NCBI GenBank assembly: GCA_963768055.1
Contig: CAVYGN010000001.1
Location: 1-64,000, forward strand
From: an uncultured Spirochaetota bacterium
GTDB lineage: Bacteria; Spirochaetota; Brevinematia; Brevinematales; JAOACQ01
Direction of reading: 5' to 3'
DNA: 64,000 nt
Shown: piece after piece, positions 39,564 to 49,600 of the stretch
Layout: each line of letters opens with the position of its first letter
How positions within the stretch are numbered: the first letter of the stretch is position 1
Made by a program: the position numbers and the translations under genes
The notes under the pieces: model-generated
Told to the model about the DNA's origin: nothing
Databases searched by the model: none
What the model saw: only the letters and a program-made list of their open reading frames with translations

Positions 39564-41381
39564 TTAACAATACGACAAACCTAAAGGATGTTTCTTCGGC
39601 GCTTTCAGATTTTCGGCAGAAGTTTCCTGTTCCGCGCCAAGATTTACAGGTAATTTTGTTGAAGGTGAAGTCTTGATTTTCCCGAAAAGAAGATCGGCTG
39701 AAGATCTAATAGAATCGGGCGTTCCGCTGAAATTACAAATTACAGCGTCGGCTTCCTTTGTAGCGCCTTTTAAATAGGGGAAATTAGTAACAACAACAAC
39801 TTTGTGGCCTGCCTCTTTCAGCTTCTTGACAAGCAGCTGGTTGTTGCCGGTTTTTACGATTCGAGCATAATAATTGGTCATAACAACAAGGTCTGCCTGT
39901 TTAGCAAGCTCGAGACATTCTTCTATCTCTTCATCAAATGCAGAAAATGCGGTATCGGTCAATATAAGGTTTGTTGAGTTATTTACCATTTGTTCGCAAA
40001 ACATATGAGAATGGAAATATGGATCTTTTCCGACAAATTCATAAGGGATGCATTGTTCAATAACAAGTATCCTTTGTTTTGGATTTAACGGAAGCATTTT
40101 TTTGTCGTCTCTCATCACTAATAATGCTTTCTTGGCAACATCCATTGAAAAATCGACAATTTCTTTGCTGGTTGTAATTTCTAAGGTTTTCTTAGGATCT
40201 TTTTTACCGGCTGTTTCAAACAAACCCTGGTCGTACTTCATTGTTAAAAGATGTGTTACAGCATCATTGACCCTGTCTTCAGACAATTCGCCCTTTTCAA
40301 CGGCCTGTTTAATCCCAAAAAAGCACTGTGACCTGGACTCATCATCGGCTTTCAAAAGTATGGTATCAACGCCTGCTTTTATTGCCATCGTACAAGCCAG
40401 GGGGAGAGGCCATTTTTTAAGAATAGCAGCCATACCGATGGCGTCTGAAACAATGACGCCTTTGAATCCCAAATCCTTTCTTAAAAGACCCTGAAGGATT
40501 TTCTCCGACAAGGTCGTCGGATACGTATCATCGTAAGCCGGATAAACAGAATGCCCGGTCATAATAGCTTTTACTCCAAAATCTATTGCCGCTTTGAAAG
40601 GAACCAGGTCGACTTCATTCATTGTCTTTTTATCCATATTTAAAACTTCCAGTACATCATGAGCATCGGTAACCGAATTGCCTCTTCCGGGGAAATGCTT
40701 TCCGGTTGCTGCTATACCGCCTTCCTGTAAACCCTTAATCAAAGCAACGGCATGTTTCGCACAAGTCTCGGGATTATCGCTGAACGACCTGACTCCTATT
40801 TCGGGATTTTTTGGATTTACATTCACATCACATACGGGTGAATACATTTGTGTAATACCGATAGCGGTTAATTGTTTTGCAATAGTCAAACCTATTTTAT
40901 AGGTCAGGTCTACATCGCCGATAGCCGCCATACCCATAGGCCCCGGAAATTGTCTGATTCCACCGGCAGTATAATCATTCTTAAAATCGCCTTCAAAATC
41001 TATTGTCATATGAAGAGGAATTCCGGAAGGCCTGTTCATGGCAATTTCCTGCAATTTATTAAGCCTTTTTGTATATTCCTCCGGTGTAATGCTGATGCCG
41101 AAGGATTTTCCCGCAAAATAAGTATTTGATATTGAAAAATAATCTTTAGGTTTCTGGAAGTTCTTATCATACTGTGAATTGCCCCAGTAAAGGTTTTTAC
41201 TGGTCTCAACGCCGTAAGGTTCAAGGCAAAGGCCGCCGCATTGCAGCCTTGTGATCTGTTCGATGCCGCTTGGCGTTAATATCGCGCCGCGCCATGTAAA
41301 TGTTAGAAGCTGGCCGACTTTTTCTTCCAGGCTCATGCTTCCAACCTTTTTCTGAATGAATTCATCTCGTTGTTTTGACAT
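39564..41381 (-). CDS. GH3 glycoside hydrolase (beta-N-acetylhexosaminidase-like)
   Basis: MSLEEKVGQ, IDFEG, NPEIGVRSFS, KHFPGRG..DAH, VSDAIGM. Confidence 0.92.
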   Translation of the reverse strand: MSKQRDEFIQKKVGSMSLEEKVGQLLTFTWRGAILTPSGIEQITRLQCGGLCLEPYGVETSKNLYWGNSQYDKNFQKPKDYFSISNTYFAGKSFGISITPEEYTKRLNKLQEIAMNRPSGIPLHMTIDFEGDFKNDYTAGGIRQFPGPMGMAAIGDVDLTYKIGLTIAKQLTAIGITQMYSPVCDVNVNPKNPEIGVRSFSDNPETCAKHAVALIKGLQEGGIAATGKHFPGRGNSVTDAHDVLEVLNMDKKTMNEVDLVPFKAAIDFGVKAIMTGHSVYPAYDDTYPTTLSEKILQGLLRKDLGFKGVIVSDAIGMAAILKKWPLPLACTMAIKAGVDTILLKADDESRSQCFFGIKQAVEKGELSEDRVNDAVTHLLTMKYDQGLFETAGKKDPKKTLEITTSKEIVDFSMDVAKKALLVMRDDKKMLPLNPKQRILVIEQCIPYEFVGKDPYFHSHMFCEQMVNNSTNLILTDTAFSAFDEEIEECLELAKQADLVVMTNYYARIVKTGNNQLLVKKLKEAGHKVVVVTNFPYLKGATKEADAVICNFSGTPDSIRSSADLLFGKIKTSPSTKLPVNLGAEQETSAENLKAPKKHPLGLSYC

Positions 41382-41657
41382 ATGATAACTCCTTATTAAT
41401 ATAAATTATATGCCTGCTTTTTTAAAGTGGGGTAATTATAGGACGGTTCTAATATTATAAAATTATTCAGGGCATAAGTCAATAATCATTTCTGTGTTCC
41501 CCGCCTTTCGATACGGGCTAAGCCCTGGATACAGGCACTTCGGCTGCTTCGACCTGGTCCGGATATTCAAGAAAGCTCCGGCGATTGAAAATTGACACAA
41601 AAATATTCCATAAATAGAATAAACCCGATGTTGGCGATTTAAAAAGGGGGCTTTTTT

Positions 41658-43529
41658 GTGCGAAACATTCATTCCTATTTTATATATTTTTTTCTTTTGC
41701 TTACCGTCCCGGCGCCTGTTTTTCTTTCAGGACAGGATTCAGGCGGCGTCCGTTACAAACCTTCGGTAGTTTTGCTGATGCCCGGAGGAAAGAATATTAC
41801 GGAAGCTTATTCAAATTTGTATTCCAGCCTGGAAGAATGCTTCGGTTCTTTCGAGGGAATAAAACTGATTACGAACAGGTCTCTCCTCGACAGTCTGCAG
41901 GAAAAAATGCCCCGCGGCGGCAGTTATTTTATAAGTTTCACCAATGTGAAAGATTATGCATATAAGAATTTCATTGACGAGGTTTTCTTGATATCAAACG
42001 GGAATACGGCGGAAGATTTCTTCGATTTCAGCGATATACATGTAGATGATGACCGGTATTTTGACCAAATCAGCAAATGGAAAGGACAGGAGATATCTGC
42101 AGACTATTTTGTCCATGTTATTCTTACAAATTTTTTCACCTATGGGGATTCACGCAGTCGTTATAACAGTCCTGATTTTTTAAATTTCAGCGGAAAATTC
42201 AAGCTTAAGGATTTAAAAACAGGAAAGACTTTCGACCTTGAGAAATACATCGGCAGGTTTGTTGTTTTGACACAATTCCCATCTTCAAGCTTCGACTACT
42301 CGAAATATATGCGGATGAAATACATTTTCTCAAAACTGAATTACAAATTTCCGGACATTGTCACTATTTTCGGAATATACGACACAGGCATCAACGAAAA
42401 ACTCAACAGCGCCAATATCCTTAAAGAAATGGACGTCATGGACGATCCCGGGCTTACCTTCCCTGTCGTCGACGTCACCTCCCTTCCCAGGGACGAACAC
42501 TCTGAATCATATCTTGGGGCATGTTATTACGGTTATTTAACAGGCGAAGGGATAACAAACAGGCAATTCGAAGTTTATGCCCATGAAAGATTTATATTCA
42601 GGATAATTGAGGATACCTTCTTTCCTGAAAAACAGGGAGATTTCCCGGTGACCCTTGTTGAGGCGGCAAGGGACGACGATTTTCCCATGGTAACACGGCT
42701 CATTAAAGAAGGCGCCGACCCTCTCGTAACCGAGGATTACCGCTATGCCCTCGATTGGGCGGTTTACTATAATAACAGTGCAATGATAGACGAAATAACA
42801 GGTGCGAGAACAAGTACGGAGGATATATACCATGCCGCGTCTATTGCGGTCGCCGGCGGGAAAAACGGCATTTTTGCCGGCCTTATGGAAAAAATAAACC
42901 GGTTGGGTAAACCCGATATTTTAAGACTGAAAAACATTTTTTCAATGGTGGAACAATCGAGAGATAAGAATTTACTTTCGGGTTTCAGCAACTCTTTCCC
43001 CGCAATTCCGTTTTTTTTCAGCAGCGCTTTCTCTTTCGAAAATCTTGTCAGGGCAGGCATTAAACCCGGTATCGAACCGGATTATCCTTTCCCTGTTTCG
43101 CTTCAGCCTCATAAATCCCATGAATGCGAGCTTTATGCCATGAAGCATGTATTGAAATACAAGTACAACTTCATCCTGGACATACCCGGGTGGGAAAAAA
43201 TTATGAAAAAAGGCAAGCTTGATGAGTGGTATTTCCCGGAATGTGCCTCGGTCGCTTATGGCGAAGGATTTGATTATGAGATTAATATAATAAACAGGGC
43301 CGATCCGGGACTTCTTTTCTATTATCTTTCAAAAGGTGAACCCGTAATAACCGAAAGGGAGTACGGCAGCGACAATCACCGGCACTCAGTTGTAGCTTAT
43401 TCCTACGATGAGAACGGAGTCTGGCTTTCGGATTCGGCTATCGGCAAAAGATGGGAGATACCCGTTGAAAAACTGATTACTAATGAAATATTTACCATGC
43501 GCGTATTAAAAAAGGCCGGTTCGAAATGA
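41658..43529 (+). CDS. Secreted hypothetical protein with ankyrin-like repeats and a C39-like peptidase domain
   Basis: Signal peptide; LVEAARDD..LIKEGADP, ALDWAV; QPHKSHECELYAM, HSVVAYSYD, LSDS. Confidence 0.65.
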   Translation: MRNIHSYFIYFFLLLTVPAPVFLSGQDSGGVRYKPSVVLLMPGGKNITEAYSNLYSSLEECFGSFEGIKLITNRSLLDSLQEKMPRGGSYFISFTNVKDYAYKNFIDEVFLISNGNTAEDFFDFSDIHVDDDRYFDQISKWKGQEISADYFVHVILTNFFTYGDSRSRYNSPDFLNFSGKFKLKDLKTGKTFDLEKYIGRFVVLTQFPSSSFDYSKYMRMKYIFSKLNYKFPDIVTIFGIYDTGINEKLNSANILKEMDVMDDPGLTFPVVDVTSLPRDEHSESYLGACYYGYLTGEGITNRQFEVYAHERFIFRIIEDTFFPEKQGDFPVTLVEAARDDDFPMVTRLIKEGADPLVTEDYRYALDWAVYYNNSAMIDEITGARTSTEDIYHAASIAVAGGKNGIFAGLMEKINRLGKPDILRLKNIFSMVEQSRDKNLLSGFSNSFPAIPFFFSSAFSFENLVRAGIKPGIEPDYPFPVSLQPHKSHECELYAMKHVLKYKYNFILDIPGWEKIMKKGKLDEWYFPECASVAYGEGFDYEINIINRADPGLLFYYLSKGEPVITEREYGSDNHRHSVVAYSYDENGVWLSDSAIGKRWEIPVEKLITNEIFTMRVLKKAGSK

Positions 43530-43698
43530 CGGCATTCATCGTCGAGCGCGCTTCCGGACAAAACTAATTACATTTCAGCCAAAATCGGGATTTTGATATA
43601 TATTCCCGCGGGCGCCTTCCAGTATGACGGTGCGGCCGGCGGCAATGCCGCATTCTTGAAGGCCTTACTCCCGTTTACTCTATCGGAGGCACCCCGCA

Positions 43699-44610
43699 TC
43701 AATTCTTTTTATCCTCTCTCTTAAATATACCGAGTATCGCCTTTCTTTTCCAGAATATGATTACTATAACTACAATAAATGGCGAGGCAATTAACAGATA
43801 ATACGGTAATTGGATAAGAAGATCAAGCAGAAATATCCCGGCTTTCCGGTAATCCGGAACATGAATGTTTTCCGGCCTTTTAGGGCCTTCGAGATGAATA
43901 TTGAACTTAGCCCAGCTGACAAGATCGTTAATTGACCATTCCTGGTATTCGGCCTGGTCGGCGGCATCTTCGCTTGCTTCCAGCGAGGCCTCGACTTCAT
44001 CCCATGTCCTTTTAGCGGCGGTAATCTGCCCGACAGCCCTGTTTTTTCTTTCAATGCGGATTTTTTCCCTGTCAGCCTTGATATTCGCCCAGACTCTTTC
44101 TCCGGTATGATCACCGACCGTTATATTTTCAGAAACAAGAGAGCCTGTTTGCTCAAGTTCCTTTATTACAATATAAAGCGATTCCGCCTTTATATTAGCC
44201 TGTACATCCATTGAAGACGAATATTCAATGTTAGCGCTTGCGGATGCAAGAAACCCGTACTTTTCGATAATATTAAGAAGTTCCAGGCGGGATCCGGCAA
44301 AATTTGTCGTCCTGTAAGAAAGATTTGCTATATACTCAAGATAACGCCCGTTAATCAACTCTCTTTTTGTCTGCGGAATAAAAGCAAAATTAAGGGAATC
44401 ATCCTCTTTTTCAGATGCATCCGGCTCCTTCTGTTCCGCCCTGTCGTTAAAATTGCCTGCCCTGTATTCCTTATCGGCCTGAATCGACAATACCGGTGAA
44501 TTTGCCGATTTCGGGGCTTCCCTTTTTTCATCGAATAATTTTTTCCCTCCGCAGGATAAGACGGCCATGGATACGGTAATACAAAGCATCAAACGAATTT
44601 TTCCACTCAT
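43699..44610 (-). CDS. DUF4349-like lipoprotein
   Basis: Lipobox VLSC; IIEKYGF, ENITVGDHT, coiled coil, C-terminal TM helix. Confidence 0.7.
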   Translation of the reverse strand: MSGKIRLMLCITVSMAVLSCGGKKLFDEKREAPKSANSPVLSIQADKEYRAGNFNDRAEQKEPDASEKEDDSLNFAFIPQTKRELINGRYLEYIANLSYRTTNFAGSRLELLNIIEKYGFLASASANIEYSSSMDVQANIKAESLYIVIKELEQTGSLVSENITVGDHTGERVWANIKADREKIRIERKNRAVGQITAAKRTWDEVEASLEASEDAADQAEYQEWSINDLVSWAKFNIHLEGPKRPENIHVPDYRKAGIFLLDLLIQLPYYLLIASPFIVVIVIIFWKRKAILGIFKREDKKN

Positions 44611-44908
44611 AAATTTCTCCTTATAAAGATAAATTTCAGTTATAATTCAAGTAAACTTCTCTAATAATAACTACGCAGAAATAGCGTAAATGTAACAAAA
44701 ATATTTTTGATATGCAGTACCCTTCGGGCACCAGGGCACCATAGGGCGGTTTTATTACTATTAGAACATTAAATAAAAATTACCATTGACATCCCGATGC
44801 CGATTAACTAAAATTTAATATCTTGAAATAATAAAAAAAGGAGGTTATTTGCCGGGCAAAGTCCGGAAATTGGTAAAAGAAAATCGAAACAAAAGGAGGA
44901 AATGATTT

Positions 44909-45901
44909 ATGAGCAAATACTTATTATCTCTATTCGTTCTTCTGAGCGTTGTTTTACTGTCTTCGGGCGCATTTCCCGCGGATGCGAAAAAACAGTTCGA
45001 AGGGATCAATATTACCTTTTTCTGCGGGGGTAGCGAGGGCGGGGCTTTCGAATCCGTCGTTTACAGGGGGGCGAAGGCCGCCGAACAGGACCTGGGCTGC
45101 AAAGTGGCTTACGTCTGGTCCGACTGGCTTCCCGACAAAATGATAGCCCAGTTCAAGGACGCGATCGCGAGAAGGCCCGACGGAATCGCTGTCATGGGGC
45201 ATCCCGGAACCGCGGCCTTTATGCCCCTTGTCGACGAGGCTGAAAAAAAAGGCATCATAGTCACGAGCCAGAACACAACTCTTCCGGAAATCGAGGCTAA
45301 ATATAAGAACAGCGGGTTCGGCTATGTGGGCCAGGAACTTTACGCTTCCGGACTTCTATTGGGCAAGGGAGCGGCGGAAAGGGCCAAGCTTAAAAAGGGC
45401 GACAGGGCCATGGTATGGGGTCTTTTGAGCCAGCCTACCCGCGGTTTGCGGACGAAGGGCTGTGTCGACGCACTTAAAGAAATGGGCATCACCGTCGATT
45501 ATTATGAAATTTCCGACGCGATCAACGCCGACGCATCTCAGGGCACTCCGGTCATCACCAGCTATATTTCAACGCATCCCGATGTTAAATTGATCATAAC
45601 AGATCATGGAAATTTGACCTCCACCCTCAGCACATATTTGAAGGCCGCAAGGAAGAAACCTGGCGAGATATTCGGGGCCGGTTTCGACCTCAGCGCAGCG
45701 ACTGTGGATGCAATAAAGAGCGGCTGGGTCGGAGCCGTCCTTGACCAGCAGGAATGGCTCCAGGGATACCTGCCGATCCTTCAGATCTGCCTCTCGAAAA
45801 AATACGGCTTTTCGGGGCTTCATATAGACACCGGGGCCGCGATAATCGATAAGAGCAATATTGATTTTGTAGGTCCTCTTGCGGTGGCAGGGATCAGGTA
45901 A
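44909..45901 (+). CDS. Sugar ABC transporter substrate-binding protein (RbsB-like fold)
   Basis: Signal peptide; AIARRPDGI, GYVGQ, GFDLS, LDQQEWLQGY. Confidence 0.9.
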   Translation: MSKYLLSLFVLLSVVLLSSGAFPADAKKQFEGINITFFCGGSEGGAFESVVYRGAKAAEQDLGCKVAYVWSDWLPDKMIAQFKDAIARRPDGIAVMGHPGTAAFMPLVDEAEKKGIIVTSQNTTLPEIEAKYKNSGFGYVGQELYASGLLLGKGAAERAKLKKGDRAMVWGLLSQPTRGLRTKGCVDALKEMGITVDYYEISDAINADASQGTPVITSYISTHPDVKLIITDHGNLTSTLSTYLKAARKKPGEIFGAGFDLSAATVDAIKSGWVGAVLDQQEWLQGYLPILQICLSKKYGFSGLHIDTGAAIIDKSNIDFVGPLAVAGIR

Positions 45902-45920
45902 GTATCCAAGGGGTTTAGTA

Positions 45921-46694
45921 ATGGCTGATAAAAATGGTAATAGCGACCTCCTCCGCATGAAAAATATACATAAGTCTTTCGGGGAGGTCAGGGTCTTGAA
46001 GGGAATCGATTTTCATGTCGGCTTTAACGAGATCGTCGGACTCGTAGGAGATAACGGCGCTGGAAAATCCACCCTGATCAAGATCATAACCGGGGTGCAC
46101 ATGCCGACCTCGGGCGATATCTTCTATAAGGGCGGCAGGATAACAATCCATTCCGTGAAAAGATCGAGGGAACTTGGGATCGAGACAGTCTACCAGGAAA
46201 GGGCCCTTGCGGATCAGCAGACTATGTGGCGGAACCTGTTCGCTGGAAGAGAGATAACCGGCGCTCTGGGTTTTTTAAAAGTAAAGGAACAAAGGACCCG
46301 GACTGAAAGTCTCCTTCGCGAGCAGATGGGATACACCTCGAAGGCCATAACCGTAGATTCGGATGTGAAATACCTTTCGGGGGGTGAAAAGCAGGGCGTC
46401 GCCATCAGCAGGGCCCTCTTTTTTAACGCGGACCTGATCATCCTCGACGAACCTACGACCGGGCTGTCCCTTTCGGAAACGAAGAAAGTTCTCGACATGG
46501 TGACGGATATAAAAAGCAAAGGGAAATCAGCCATTTTTATCAGCCACAACATTTACTATGTCTATCCCGTCGTCGATAGGTTCGTGATCCTGGACAGGGG
46601 GAAAATAGCGGGCGACATACTAAAAAGGGATATAAGCCAGGAAGATCTGGTTACAAAGATGCTTCACCTGGCCAAAACAGGCGAGTTGAGTTGA
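45921..46694 (+). CDS. Sugar ABC transporter ATP-binding protein
   Basis: GDNGAGKST, LSGGEKQ, ILDEPT, ISH. Confidence 0.95.
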   Translation: MADKNGNSDLLRMKNIHKSFGEVRVLKGIDFHVGFNEIVGLVGDNGAGKSTLIKIITGVHMPTSGDIFYKGGRITIHSVKRSRELGIETVYQERALADQQTMWRNLFAGREITGALGFLKVKEQRTRTESLLREQMGYTSKAITVDSDVKYLSGGEKQGVAISRALFFNADLIILDEPTTGLSLSETKKVLDMVTDIKSKGKSAIFISHNIYYVYPVVDRFVILDRGKIAGDILKRDISQEDLVTKMLHLAKTGELS

Positions 46695-46826
46695 GGGCGG
46701 TTCAAATTACCTGCAATATTGATTGCAATATGCGTTATAATTATAATTAAATCGCCCAATGGGTACTACCTATCCGCCTTGCCTGTACCGGCTTGTCCGG
46801 TGAAAAGGCGGTTATTAGAAGTACCC
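46695..46826. mobile_element. MITE-like element
   Basis: Ends GGGCGGTTCAAATTAC / GTTATTAGAAGTACCC, flanked by TTGA on both sides. Confidence 0.75.
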
Positions 46827-46886
46827 TTGAAGGTAACCCGCCCGGGCATATGAAATCCGGGCGGGATATTATTTGAGAGGCTACTG

Positions 46887-47837
46887 ATGCGATTAAAAGA
46901 AATGAGGCTTGAAATCAGTATTTTTATCGTATTCCTTATTGTTTACGGCGTCTTTCTCATCGGAAACCCCAGGGTCTTTACAAGTTACGATATCTATTAT
47001 TCTTTTATGTCCACTATTCCTTTCACCGGGATACTGGCGCTGGCAATGACATTCGTCGTTATCCTCGGGGAGATAGATCTGTCGTTCCCTTCCGTGCTGG
47101 CTCTCTGCGGCTGGATTTTCGGCACAGTTTTCATAGCGACAAAAAATATCTGGCTCGCTGCTTTATGCTGTTTCGCCGCAGGCGTCATAGCGGGTCTATT
47201 GAATTCTTTTTTTATCGTCAGGATCGGGATACCGTCGATCGTCGCCACGATAGGGACCCAGTTCTTTTTCAGGGGCCTTGTGAACGTTGTCGCCGAAGGG
47301 AACGGAATTCCCCTTGTAGACGCGAAAAGCACCCTGTTTTATCAGCTCTGCGTCGGAAGGATCGGCGGGGTCGTTCCTGCGCAGGCCATCTGGTTCCTTG
47401 TACTGGGGGCAGGTTTCTGGTTTCTGTTGATGCGTCATAAATTCGGGTCCCATGTACTGTTTGTCGGGGACAATAGGGACAGTGCAAGAATGATGGGTAT
47501 AAATAACGATTTAATAAAAACCCTGGTTTTTGTCCAGATGGGGATCATTACCGCTTTTGTATCGATCCTTTCGAACCTGGAAGTTACCTATTTCTATCCG
47601 AGCCAGGGGCAGGGCTATCTCCTGACAACCCTGGCGGCCGTCTTTATCGGAGGCACATCCGTTTTCGGCGGAAAAGGGACGATTTTCGGCACCTTTATAG
47701 GGGCGCTGATAATAGGCTCCCTCGAGGCCGGCATTATCACCCTCGGTCTTACAGGCTTTCTGATCCAGCTTATTTATGGCGCGATTATCCTGGTCTCGGT
47801 GACGATCTACGCCCTCATGCAGAGGAAAGAGGTGTAG
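46887..47837 (+). CDS. Sugar ABC transporter permease (RbsC-like)
   Basis: GEIDLS, IPSIVATIG, VGDNRDSARMMGI, IGGTSVFGGKGT. Confidence 0.95.
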   Translation: MRLKEMRLEISIFIVFLIVYGVFLIGNPRVFTSYDIYYSFMSTIPFTGILALAMTFVVILGEIDLSFPSVLALCGWIFGTVFIATKNIWLAALCCFAAGVIAGLLNSFFIVRIGIPSIVATIGTQFFFRGLVNVVAEGNGIPLVDAKSTLFYQLCVGRIGGVVPAQAIWFLVLGAGFWFLLMRHKFGSHVLFVGDNRDSARMMGINNDLIKTLVFVQMGIITAFVSILSNLEVTYFYPSQGQGYLLTTLAAVFIGGTSVFGGKGTIFGTFIGALIIGSLEAGIITLGLTGFLIQLIYGAIILVSVTIYALMQRKEV

Positions 47838-47843
47838 GGAGCC

Positions 47844-49214
47844 CTAAGGCTTCCTGAATATCCTGTTGCCCGTCTCCTGAATAAAATCGAACATTTCCAG
47901 CGCCGGCCTGTAAATATAGAAGTAATGGAACCTGGGGGATTTTTCCGTCTCCCTGACTTCCTTGAAACTGCCCCGGCAGGTGAAAATGATAACTATCCTG
48001 AGCAGGGCTGAAATAATAAACACAAGCTGGAAGGCGTTGAAAATCATCAGGGAGATATTTTTTTTAAGGAACAATTCAGCCAGCGCTCCGCCGGTAGCGG
48101 CGCCCAGGAATACGCATGGCATATTGAGCATGTTGAAATATGACATGATCTTTGAAATATTTTCCTTCCTTACCGCGTCGAATATATAATTGCTCGTCGC
48201 AAGGCTCACTCCGGCCCAGACGAAGCCGCTGAAGAATTGTATCATCACAAGGATGTAAAAATTCCTGAAAAATGACCATCCGAAGGCTATTAACGGCAGG
48301 GCCAGGCAAGAAATGATAAGCACCCGGTAATTCCCGTATTTGTCGGATAGCGGCCCCCAGTAGGTCATAAATATGAGGGAGGCGATCTGCTGGGCCATCA
48401 TGACGATCGTGAACTGGAGATAATTCATGCGGATGCTTTTCAGGATATATACAGGCAGGATCGCTCCTGCCATATTTGTAGAAAAAGTTATAAGAATGCT
48501 GAACAGTACGAAGCGGCCGAAATTGGTTGTAAAGAGTTTTGTCAGGAATATCCTGAATTTGAACGAATGGCTTTCTTCTGTGACTTTCATCCGGGGCTCG
48601 TATTGCCTTTTTAAGAAAAAGATGCTTGAAAACCTGAATAAAAAACCGGCGATCATCAGGAACCCGAAAGCTGTAATTTCGAAATTGTTTTTTTTCGAGA
48701 AATAAAGAAGGAGCCCTGCGAGGGATATGGCTGCGAATTGGGCTATGCCCGAGTAGCGGTTCCTGATACCCCAGTACTCGCCCTTTATTTTGCGCGGCAT
48801 CAGGTCGTTCATCCAGGACAGCCAGCCCGGCACTGCGAAATTATTTACTGTCAGGCCTATGCTGTAGAAAATCACAACGACCCAGGGATTGCCGGTCAGG
48901 ACCGTTATTGAAAACACCAGGACCCATGAAAAAGCATGGATGATATTGCATGTTATCGACAGGATTCTTCTTTTACCGAGCCATGTGACGAACCTTGCCC
49001 CGGCAAGCTGGGATACACCTATTCCCAGCTGTCCGAAACCCGTTATAAGGCTTACCTGGAGAACGGTCGCACCGAAGAGGAGGGCGAAAGGCACGACGAA
49101 ATTTTCAGACAGCCCGTACATCAGGGACCAGACAATGCCGTCGAGATTTGAGAAGTATAGCCCCCGCCTGATGTCCTTGTTTCCTACCCTGGCCAGAAAA
49201 GAGTTTAGAGACAT
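47844..49214 (-). CDS. MFS transporter
   Basis: About 12 TM segments; WLSWMNDLMP, WGPLSDKYGN. Confidence 0.85.
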   Translation of the reverse strand: MSLNSFLARVGNKDIRRGLYFSNLDGIVWSLMYGLSENFVVPFALLFGATVLQVSLITGFGQLGIGVSQLAGARFVTWLGKRRILSITCNIIHAFSWVLVFSITVLTGNPWVVVIFYSIGLTVNNFAVPGWLSWMNDLMPRKIKGEYWGIRNRYSGIAQFAAISLAGLLLYFSKKNNFEITAFGFLMIAGFLFRFSSIFFLKRQYEPRMKVTEESHSFKFRIFLTKLFTTNFGRFVLFSILITFSTNMAGAILPVYILKSIRMNYLQFTIVMMAQQIASLIFMTYWGPLSDKYGNYRVLIISCLALPLIAFGWSFFRNFYILVMIQFFSGFVWAGVSLATSNYIFDAVRKENISKIMSYFNMLNMPCVFLGAATGGALAELFLKKNISLMIFNAFQLVFIISALLRIVIIFTCRGSFKEVRETEKSPRFHYFYIYRPALEMFDFIQETGNRIFRKP

Positions 49215-49244
49215 TGAGAAAGTCCTTCCGGTTTTGTTATTAAA

Positions 49245-49354
49245 GGGCAGTTCTAATAACTAGATTATTAATAACAATTATAATGCTAATTATATGTAAT
49301 CTGCCCTATGGGCACTACCTTACCGACGCGAAGCGGAGGTTTTTAGAAGTGCCC
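49245..49354. mobile_element. MITE-like element
   Basis: Ends GGGCAGTTCTAATAAC / GTTTTTAGAAGTGCCC, flanked by TAAA on both sides. Confidence 0.8.
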
Positions 49355-49600
49355 TAAAATTAAAAAAGCAAAATGCCGGTTCCTTTGCAAGGTTTAGTAT
49401 AAATAACACATAAAAATATTGCCAATAATATCGGCATCCTTTAAGCTAACTGTATACTGAATTATGAATTGGGATGGATTTGCGGCTCAAGCGGCTTTTT
49501 TTTCCCCGTATGCCGCACGCACAGCCGGCTTTAAGCTTGCAGGCTTGAGACAAGTAAATTATAATGAATCAGTCTGATTATCTGCGCTGGGAGGCGACTT

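Noticed and set aside
39449..39676. ORF with repeated PxG motifs
   Set aside because: It is a translation artefact of the hairpin repeats and overlaps the GH3 gene antisense.
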